Origin: Dehalococcoidia bacterium
GTDB taxonomy: Bacteria; Chloroflexota; Dehalococcoidia; GIF9; AB-539-J10
Reading direction: 5' to 3'
Length of the DNA: 63,300 bases
Assembly: GCA_030665785.1 (NCBI GenBank)
Contig: DAOUZA010000001.1
Coordinates: 1 to 63,300 of the forward strand
This document shows, in pieces, positions 14,562 to 21,384 of this stretch. Below the pieces are notes generated by a model. It was not told the DNA's origin, ran no database searches, and worked only from the letters and a program-made list of their open reading frames with translations. Position 1 is the first letter of the stretch. Each line of letters starts with the position of its first letter. Made by a program: the position numbers and the translations under genes.

Positions 14562-15332
14562 ATGGCGCCATTTTTCCAAGTGGAAAACTTGACCAAGCGT
14601 TTTGGCGGCTTGGTCGCCGTCAACAATGTCAGCTTCACAATAGGCAGGGACGAAATCGTGGGACTGATTGGGCCCAATGGTTCCGGGAAGACCACACTTG
14701 TCCGGTGCATAACCGGCATATTGAAGCCCGAGTCGGGAAAAGTCCGATTCAAGGGTGAGGACATAACCAGGTGGCGTCCCTGGAAGGTCGTCCAGAGAGG
14801 TCTGGTAGGGACTTTCCAGGTAGTTAAGCCGTTCCGCCGCCTTCCTATTGTTGCCAATGTCATGGTCGGTTGCCTCTGCCCGCGGATAACCAAGAGAGGC
14901 GAATGGGTCAAGGGCACCGAAGTGAAAGCGCGGGATGCTCTGGAGTTCGTGGGCATCGCCGACCGGGCTCTTGAGCCAGCCTCCACCTTGTCTCACGGAG
15001 ACTTGAAACGGTTGGAGGTAGCCAGGGCCATTGCCACCGACCCCGAACTCCTCATCCTTGATGAGCCATTCGGAGGACTTAATCCTGCGGAAACAGAGCT
15101 GGTGGCCAAATCCATGAAAAGACTGCACAAGGGAGGTCGCTTCGGCCGGCTTCATAGTGAAGGACCAGCTATGCTGATAATCGAGCACAAGCTGAGTGAG
15201 CTCATGAAAATAGTTGACCGGGTGATTGTCATCAATTTTGGACAAATCATTGCCCAGGGTACCCCCGAAGAAGTAGTCAAAGACCCAGTAGTGATTGAAG
15301 CCTATACCGGCAAGGAGATACTCGTTGCTTGA
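14562..15332 (+). CDS. ABC transporter ATP-binding protein (LivG-like)
   Basis: 256 aa. Walker A GPNGSGKTT, signature LSHGDLKRLEVA and Walker B LILDEP. Confidence 0.92.
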   Translation: MAPFFQVENLTKRFGGLVAVNNVSFTIGRDEIVGLIGPNGSGKTTLVRCITGILKPESGKVRFKGEDITRWRPWKVVQRGLVGTFQVVKPFRRLPIVANVMVGCLCPRITKRGEWVKGTEVKARDALEFVGIADRALEPASTLSHGDLKRLEVARAIATDPELLILDEPFGGLNPAETELVAKSMKRLHKGGRFGRLHSEGPAMLIIEHKLSELMKIVDRVIVINFGQIIAQGTPEEVVKDPVVIEAYTGKEILVA

Positions 15333-16074
15333 AGTAAAAAACGTGGTTGTCCGCTACGATACCGCCACTGTCCTGGATGGAGCCAGCCTGATGGTGGAAG
15401 AGGGGGAACTGGTCGGGCTCGTCGGCCCCAATGGCGCCGGCAAGACCACTCTCCTCCGCGCTATCGCCGGTTTGATAAACTGGGACAGGGAAGTCCTCAG
15501 AGGCACCAGGAAGTCAAATGTAACCTTTGAAGGCAGCATAGAATTTGAGGGGGAGAGAATTGACAAGCTAGCGGCATTTGAAATAGCCAAGAGGGGTCTC
15601 CAGCTCTGCCCACAAATGGGCAGACCTTTCGTCGAGATGACGGTCAAGGAGAACCTGCTGGCTGGAGCTTATTTGTGCAAGGACAAGCAAGAAGTCAACG
15701 AAGGCCTGGCCAAAGTTTATGAAATGTTTCCCAGACTGAAAGAAAGGGAAAAACAGCTCTCCGGGACTTTGTCCGGTGGGGAACGGCAGATGCTGGCAGT
15801 TGGCCGCTCGTTGATGCGCCAGCCCAAATTGATGTTAGTTGATGAGCCGTCCAGCGGGCTGGCCCCAAAGATAAAAGACGAGCTGTTCAAACGGGTAGAG
15901 GAGATTTACCATGAGCTGGGAGTGACCATACTGCTGGCTGAGCAGGATATCAGCTTCGCTTTCGACCTCTCCAAGAGGAACTATGTCATGTCGAGGGGTC
16001 GCATCATTGCCCATGGAACAGCCCAAGAATTGCTCGGCGACGAGACTATCAGGAAGACATACCTGGGCTTGTAA
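15325..16074 (+). CDS. ABC transporter ATP-binding protein (LivF-like)
   Basis: The ORF track starts at TTG 15295. I prefer TTG 15325, which has AAGGAGA 6 nt upstream and gives the typical N-terminus LLEVKNV. GPNGAGKTT, LSGGERQML and LVDEPSSGL. Confidence 0.88.
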   Translation: MLEVKNVVVRYDTATVLDGASLMVEEGELVGLVGPNGAGKTTLLRAIAGLINWDREVLRGTRKSNVTFEGSIEFEGERIDKLAAFEIAKRGLQLCPQMGRPFVEMTVKENLLAGAYLCKDKQEVNEGLAKVYEMFPRLKEREKQLSGTLSGGERQMLAVGRSLMRQPKLMLVDEPSSGLAPKIKDELFKRVEEIYHELGVTILLAEQDISFAFDLSKRNYVMSRGRIIAHGTAQELLGDETIRKTYLGL

Positions 16075-16090
16075 TATCACCCCGTCTTCT

Positions 16091-16159
16091 GTCATTGGGA
16101 GTCCCGGTTTATCGGGATGAAGCAATCTCAGCGATTGCCACGCTTCGCTCGCAACGACA
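16091..16159. repeat. two adjacent hairpin-repeat elements in opposite orientation
   Basis: gtcattgggagtcccggtttatcgggatgaagcaatctc, then gcgattgccacgcttcgctcgcaacgaca. Confidence 0.8.
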
Positions 16160-16216
16160 ATAAAGGTGAGGTACTCGCCGCAACAGGGGAGTGGGGAAAA
16201 CAGAGTTGCCCCCTTT

Positions 16217-17263
16217 TTATCGTAGAGGGGCGCCACAAGCCCGGCATTCGTGGCGCCAGGCGGCGTTAGATACCTTACAGCGCGGACATTCCCGTTCGAT
16301 CTTATCCCTTATCCACACAGCAATCCCTTCGGGCATGAAAAGCAGTATCAATATTATTATAACCGTCGTGATAAGAGTCCGGTATTCGTAGAGAGGAGTC
16401 AGCCGCAGATAGTCCATCAGGACGTAGAGGGTATAAACCCCGACTACCGATCCGTAAATGCTGGCGATACCACCAAATACCGCCCATATTATGGCGTTGA
16501 ATGATGTGAAGATGGAGAAGTAGGCAGGGCTGGCCAAGGTTCTGAAGTGCGCACACAGGGCACCGGCAAGGCCGGCAAAAAAGCCACCTATGGCAAAGGC
16601 TAGCACCTTGTACCTTATGGTATCTATTCCCGAAGCGCGAGCGGCGATCTCGTCTTCACGAATGGCATGGAAGATAAGGCCGGTCCTGATATTCTTACTA
16701 CCGGCGTCGGTCAGTTTCCACATTATGAGCACAGATATGGTCATCACCACCAGACATATGTAATACGAATCTATCGGCGAGTTGGCCAGAGGAGGAATCC
16801 CACGTATTCCATAGTTACCGCCGGCTATATCTTTGGGCAAAGAGCGGACTATTTGCTCCACTATGATAGGAAAGGCCAGCGTAAGCAGTGACAGGTAGGG
16901 TGGTCTCAGCCTTAGGGCGGGAAGGCACGTAACTACTCCAATGCCTGTAGCAATCAGGGCCCCGAGTGGTATTGTTGCCGCCGGCGGCCAACCAAGATAT
17001 TGGTATAGCAGCGCCGCACCGTAAGCGCCTGCCCCGAAGAACAGCGCATGCCCAAAATTTAGCTGGCCAGTGTAGCCAGATAGCAGGTCCCAGCTTACGG
17101 CAAAAATAGTATAGAGGGCAGCCATAGTAATCAGGACCAGTGCATACTTGGAGTCGGTAATCAGCGGTAGTATGAACAGGGATAGGAAAAAAACAACGGC
17201 CAAGGTGCGTCCTGGAATTGGTAATATGCCCCAGCGGAAGTCCCTTAGCAGCCGTCTCACCAA
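16217..17263 (-). CDS. branched-chain-type ABC permease (LivM-like) with C-terminal CxxC-x12-CxxC tail
   Basis: Polytopic membrane protein. The start is probably TTG 17263 or GTG 17260, just after the livH-like stop, rather than 17296. The tail is ERECPRCKVSNAAWRHECRACGAPLR. Confidence 0.85.
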   Translation of the reverse strand: MVRRLLRDFRWGILPIPGRTLAVVFFLSLFILPLITDSKYALVLITMAALYTIFAVSWDLLSGYTGQLNFGHALFFGAGAYGAALLYQYLGWPPAATIPLGALIATGIGVVTCLPALRLRPPYLSLLTLAFPIIVEQIVRSLPKDIAGGNYGIRGIPPLANSPIDSYYICLVVMTISVLIMWKLTDAGSKNIRTGLIFHAIREDEIAARASGIDTIRYKVLAFAIGGFFAGLAGALCAHFRTLASPAYFSIFTSFNAIIWAVFGGIASIYGSVVGVYTLYVLMDYLRLTPLYEYRTLITTVIIILILLFMPEGIAVWIRDKIERECPRCKVSNAAWRHECRACGAPLR

Positions 17264-17264
17264 C

Positions 17265-18140
17265 TTACAATTTCTCCTCTTCGAACAGTGTGCCAAACAT
17301 TCCCTGGGGTCTCACAGCCAGTACTATGACCATAGCGAGCATGGCAAATGCCTGACTCAGGTAGCCCTGGGTTGGTACTACGGTCACCACTATTGCCTCT
17401 ACCAGGCCAACAAAAAAGGCGGCAATGAAACTCCCCTTGAGACTTCCCAGCCCGCCAAGGACAATAACTACCAGAACCATCATCAGGGGGGATATCCACA
17501 TATAGCAGGTGAGTCCTCCCTCCAGCGGAGCCAACAAGATGCCAGCCACTGCTGCCAGAGCTGTGCCTATACCCACGGTTATCATTAGTGTTCTGGGAAT
17601 GCTTACGCCCAGAAGATTAGCTACCTCAGCATCGTTTGCCGTGGCTCTGATAGCGATGCCCAGCCGTGTCTTTGATAACACCAGCCATATCAAGATGATG
17701 ACCAGCGTCGCTATGCCCAGTGTCACTAGATACTGGTTGAAGATTGGAATTCCCAATATCTCCGTGGTTCCGCTGATGAGGAAGGGAATGTTGCGTGGCA
17801 GAGACCCAAACACTATACGCACTAACTCCTGCGTAGCCATGGCTAGGGCGATGGTTATTAGCAGTACAGCCGCTTCGTGCTCGCGGACGCGGTCAAGAAG
17901 GAACCGGTAGACTAAGACGCCTAACAGGCCAGTGCCCACCACCGTGACAGCGACTGACTCGGGCAAGCCCCAGCCTTGACTAACGGCAAAAAACCATATG
18001 CCATAAGCTCCTACCATGAGAAATGCCGTGTGAGCCAAGTTGATTATCCGGCCCACACCATAAATAAGGGCAAGCCCTGATGCCAGGATGGCATACGTAC
18101 TTCCTCTCACCAGGGTCAGAACTATGATTCGCTCAATCAC
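17265..18140 (-). CDS. branched-chain-type ABC permease (LivH-like)
   Basis: 291 aa, hydrophobic, typical LivH family N-terminus and length. Confidence 0.9.
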   Translation of the reverse strand: MIERIIVLTLVRGSTYAILASGLALIYGVGRIINLAHTAFLMVGAYGIWFFAVSQGWGLPESVAVTVVGTGLLGVLVYRFLLDRVREHEAAVLLITIALAMATQELVRIVFGSLPRNIPFLISGTTEILGIPIFNQYLVTLGIATLVIILIWLVLSKTRLGIAIRATANDAEVANLLGVSIPRTLMITVGIGTALAAVAGILLAPLEGGLTCYMWISPLMMVLVVIVLGGLGSLKGSFIAAFFVGLVEAIVVTVVPTQGYLSQAFAMLAMVIVLAVRPQGMFGTLFEEEKL

Positions 18141-18349
18141 GGCACCTCTATCCCTGGGAACCGAAGCCCAAAAGAAGGCGGGGATAAAGCCCCGCCACTA
18201 CACTGTCTGGTTCTGACCATCCCTTGAAGTTTGGCCATTTCACAAGCCTTTCAGCTTGCGGGCGACTATCAGCCACTATATGTTACTCCTCGCCGCCTTG
18301 TCAAGGGGTCTTCCATTTTCTTCTCGAAAATCTTATTCGTCTGCTTCCT

Positions 18350-18435
18350 GTCGTTCTGAGAGAAGCGTGGTGACCTCATGCGCCCCACAGAGATTGCTTC
18401 GGCGTCCTTCCCAGGAAGGTCTCCTCGCAATGACA
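18350..18435. repeat. hairpin-repeat elements in the livH/livK spacer
   Basis: gtcgttctgagagaagcg..., and gagattgcttcggcgtCCTTCCcaGGAAGGtctcctcgcaatgaca. Confidence 0.75.
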
Positions 18436-18444
18436 AAGGCGAGC

Positions 18445-18484
18445 AAAAAAAGAGCGGAGACCCCAGCTCAACCGGGATCTCCGC
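18445..18484 (-). terminator. rho-independent terminator downstream of the substrate-binding protein gene
   Basis: Stem GCGGAGA (18454..18460) pairs with TCTCCGC (18478..18484), with inner CCC/GGG pairs. An A7 run at 18445..18451 becomes a T7 run after the stem on the minus strand. Lies 42 nt past the stop at 18526. Confidence 0.6.
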
Positions 18485-18525
18485 CAGGTGTCTCAATGAC
18501 CTGCTCCCCTCACTCCGGTTGCTTT

Positions 18526-20070
18526 TTACCCGAAGTGGTCGATTACGTTCTGCGGTATTACCAGGGGCTTGGTGCCCGGGTACTGGAAGTTCCAGTCGCC
18601 GTACTGGTCAACCAGGTCGACTCCTTCTATTTCCATGGGCCAGATGCCAACCTTCTTCCAGACCCCAGCAGCCTCGTCCCATTGCCACTGGGCGCCAACG
18701 CCGGTTACCCACTCAGGACCGTATATAAGGTCATGGGTGGGGTGTGGGGGCATGACCCAGTCAGCCGCGTTATACTCCGTGCCAGGATACAAGGCTGCTA
18801 CCTGGTCCTCACTGAGTGCTGGCTTCCCGTCGACCGTGGTTCCCGGCTGGGGATAAGTGCCGGCCTTTTTGCCAGACGTGAGCGGCTGGGCGTTAGCCGG
18901 GTCTTCATACCACTGGATAAGGTCATTAGCCTTCGCCTTTCCAACTCCGTCCTCCATATAGCCCACATCTTCGAGGGCCGCCTTCAGACCAAATATAGCA
19001 TCATAGGTAGCTGCGGTGTACAGGGGATATTCTCCAACAACGGACGCGAAAGCGTTGAGGAAATCTGCTGTCATCGCACTCTGTTTTGGGCCCTCCGCCC
19101 AGGTATCGAGCTGGATCTGATAGGCACAGGCGGGGCCGCCAGGCGGCGCCGTGGCAAGGTCAGCTGCCCAAGGGGCCTTGAGCTGCGCGTATACGTTAAT
19201 GCCTACTGACATAGCATTCGGTACGTAAGCTCGCATGCCCTGGGCGTAGGCAACTCCCATAGTCCCGGAGTATACCGGAATGATAAAGTGAGGATCATAC
19301 TTGGCTTGTATGTCCGTCAGCGCCCCCATTGTAGATGCTGGGGCTAGAGAATCTACAAGATATGTGTCGAGAAGCTTGATGTTCAGGGCGGGCAGCCCGG
19401 CCTCGTATTCTGGGACCTGTTCATCACTGGCCCATTTCAAGTCCTCGGAGATGATGGCGGCTGTGAGTTCAGCATCGGGCGCTAACCCCAGTTCCTGCCT
19501 GAGCTTTATCGCCACTGCGTCCAGTATTCTGAGAACACTCTGGGCCAAGAAATGCTCATTGTATGGGGTAGTCTTGAACCAGTACTTGTATTTGTCATAA
19601 TCAGTGACTGCGCTATGCTGCAGGGCCTCGGTAGCAGCACCACAGTTGAAGAAAAGCTTCTGCGCATCCATAGCCACTTCTCGGTAGACCTCCGTAGATT
19701 CTGTGCGGAAACCACCCATGACGAAGTCGACATCGTCTATGGCTGCGGACATAGCAATCGTGCCTTGCTCACCAGTTTCATCCGAGGCTTCTTTGGTATC
19801 TATTCGCTGCAGCACAATTGTGTGCGATGTGCCGTCTATGTCTACTCCATCGGCGCCATTAATGGCACCGGCTGCGATTTGGGCTGCAGCCCACTGCATA
19901 TCACCGGTGGCATGCCCAACTTCGCCGGCTATACCAATCACAATTTCCCCATCTTCGAAGGTGTAGACTACCCCTTCTTCTTCGGGTGGTCCTCCTTCAC
20001 CAGCACAGCCCGGCAAGACCAGGCCCATGACTAGAAGAACAGCGATAATTGGGAAAAGAATTCTTTTCAT
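18526..20070 (-). CDS. ABC transporter substrate-binding lipoprotein (LivK/Peripla_BP_6-like, long form)
   Basis: 514 aa. Lipoprotein signal MKRILFPIIAVLLVMGLVLPGC. AAGGAGG SD. Longer than the usual ~370-400 aa LivK. Confidence 0.88.
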   Translation of the reverse strand: MKRILFPIIAVLLVMGLVLPGCAGEGGPPEEEGVVYTFEDGEIVIGIAGEVGHATGDMQWAAAQIAAGAINGADGVDIDGTSHTIVLQRIDTKEASDETGEQGTIAMSAAIDDVDFVMGGFRTESTEVYREVAMDAQKLFFNCGAATEALQHSAVTDYDKYKYWFKTTPYNEHFLAQSVLRILDAVAIKLRQELGLAPDAELTAAIISEDLKWASDEQVPEYEAGLPALNIKLLDTYLVDSLAPASTMGALTDIQAKYDPHFIIPVYSGTMGVAYAQGMRAYVPNAMSVGINVYAQLKAPWAADLATAPPGGPACAYQIQLDTWAEGPKQSAMTADFLNAFASVVGEYPLYTAATYDAIFGLKAALEDVGYMEDGVGKAKANDLIQWYEDPANAQPLTSGKKAGTYPQPGTTVDGKPALSEDQVAALYPGTEYNAADWVMPPHPTHDLIYGPEWVTGVGAQWQWDEAAGVWKKVGIWPMEIEGVDLVDQYGDWNFQYPGTKPLVIPQNVIDHFG

Positions 20071-20235
20071 TGTGTCTCAACCTCCTTTTTGATTTAATTC
20101 ACCTAACCTCTGGTGCTGGAATGAACTGGTCGACCTCCGGTTGCCTCCAGCAACTTAGCCTTTATACACTCTGTCGCCCCATCACCTGCTTTCCGCTCCC
20201 GGTCTCACGAATAGACCTTGCGCTCCAGCTCCACC

Positions 20236-20276
20236 GAGATTGCTTCGTCCCGACTTGTCGGGGCGAAGCAATGACC
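20236..20276. repeat. hairpin repeat (16-bp stem)
   Basis: ATTGCTTCGTCCCGAC-TT-GTCGGGGCGAAGCAAT with one G-U pair. Confidence 0.85.
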
Positions 20277-20442
20277 GCCTATTTGGCCTTTGTTGGTGCT
20301 GGGTGGAGGAAACAGGATGAGGAGACCAAGAAGCCAACTTGGAAACTTGGGGTCAGACCCTTTCCACGACTTGTTGTCGCCCTAACAGTTCCTTCATCTT
20401 CCCGAAGCCTCACTTTTCCTTTCCCGTCGCTCTTCGACTTTT

Positions 20443-20471
20443 AGTAAATACTGTCGGCACCTCTTTGTCAA
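20443..20471 (-). promoter_or_regulatory. candidate sigma70-type promoter facing the livK-like gene
   Basis: The minus strand reads TTGACA, a 17-nt spacer, then TTTACT. This would give a ~370-nt leader. Sequence match only. Confidence 0.3.
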
Positions 20472-20506
20472 GTCCACGGTGGTAGACCGCTTACTAAGGC
20501 CTTAGT

Positions 20507-20611
20507 GTCATTCTGAGCGAAGCGAAGAGTGTAACTGCGCTCGGGGTAAACTCCGCGAAGAATCTCCGAGGTTCGTCGGGGCCCCGATTTATCGGGGCTC
20601 GTCAGAGTGAC
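20507..20611. repeat. composite ~105-nt hairpin element
   Basis: gtcattctgagcgaagcgaag...aagaatctc...CCCCGATttATCGGGG...tcgtcagagtgac. The termini are inverted copies of each other. Confidence 0.75.
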
Positions 20612-20666
20612 ATTAGTAAACAACCTTGTCCCTCAACCACAGTTTCCTCTCCACCTGATATGGGTT

Positions 20667-20689
20667 CCCTCTCCCTGGACGGGAGAGGG
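20667..20689. repeat. hairpin CCCTCTCCC-tggac-GGGAGAGGG
   Basis: Perfect 9-bp stem. A related copy is at 32009..32029. Confidence 0.8.
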
Positions 20690-20703
20690 CCATTCCACAT
20701 TTT

Positions 20704-20754
20704 GTAGTGCGACCCTTCAAAGTCGCGCCCCGCGAGGCTAAAGCCTCGCACTAC
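20704..20754. repeat. hairpin element gtagtgcga...gaggctaaagcctcgcactac
   Basis: GTAGTGCGA(21-nt insert)GAGGC-taaa-GCCTCGCACTAC. Confidence 0.7.
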
Positions 20755-20855
20755 CTTTTTAGCCCCCTGTAGCGCCTGAGGCCAAACAGCGTTGTGGGAT
20801 TACTTTTCGGTCTTAGCCACCGTGGCAAAGCCTCCTTTCACTTACGCTTTGGGCT

Positions 20856-21288
20856 CCGTGATTTGCGGCGTGCCCGAGCTGCCGCGGTTAATATCATACC
20901 TACCACCACTGGTGCAGCTCGCATGGTAACTGTGGTTATTCCTGAGCTTAAAGGAAAGCTGCATGGCATCTCTATAAGAGTACCTACCGCAACAGTGTCT
21001 ATCGTCGACTTAGTTGCTGATTTGAATAGAGAAGTGACTGGAGAGGAAATCAACGGTACCTTTAAAAAGGCTGCTGAAAGGGAACTTAAAGGTATTGTGG
21101 AATACAGTGATGAGCCCCTGGTGAGCTCGGACTTCAAGGGCAATCCCGCCAGCGCTATTTTCGATGCCCTGAGCACTATGGTCATCGATGGCAATCTGGT
21201 GAAGGTGCTGGCCTGGTATGATAATGAGTGGGGCTATAGCTGCCGTCTGGCTGATTTGGCTACCTATATTGCCAATAAGGGCTTATAA
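20856..21288 (+). pseudogene. gap: 5'-truncated gap fragment (last 144 codons plus stop), right copy of the direct repeat
   Basis: Frame intact. 4 aa differences (G>R, R>K, C>S, M>T) from gap residues 194..337. No gap 5' part lies upstream. The track ORF 20794..21288 is an artefactual extension. Confidence 0.85.
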
Positions 21289-21308
21289 TCTCAAAAGTTT
21301 ATTATAAA
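20856..21308. repeat. right copy of the 453-bp direct repeat
   Basis: See 12275..12727. Identity ends after ...tttattataaa in both copies. Confidence 0.9.
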
Positions 21309-21384
21309 CTATTGACAATGGTCTAGACATATTATATGTTATAGCAAGCAAATAGTAGGGTAAAAGTAAAAAGGAGGTGCAGAA

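Noticed and set aside
14490-15245. 251-aa minus-strand ORF (also 14555..14986 and 13718..14323)
   Set aside because: It is antisense to the ligase and LivG-like genes, which have clear Walker and AMP-binding motifs. This is a GC-rich antisense artefact.
18256-19209. 317-aa plus-strand ORF (and nested ORFs 18378..18728 and 18569..18856)
   Set aside because: It lies entirely antisense to the well-supported 514-aa binding-protein gene and the repeat spacer. It has Arg/Ser/Pro/Gly-rich low-complexity composition typical of antisense frames in GC-rich DNA, with no motif and no SD.
20049-20444. 131-aa ORF in the livK-upstream region
   Set aside because: It begins inside the livK start region, crosses a hairpin repeat, and has no SD or recognisable domain.
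20794-20855. N-terminal 21 codons of track ORF 20794..21288
   Set aside because: Similarity to gap begins only at 20856, and the upstream codons are unrelated sequence. The ORF is a truncated pseudogene, not a small GAPDH-like protein.
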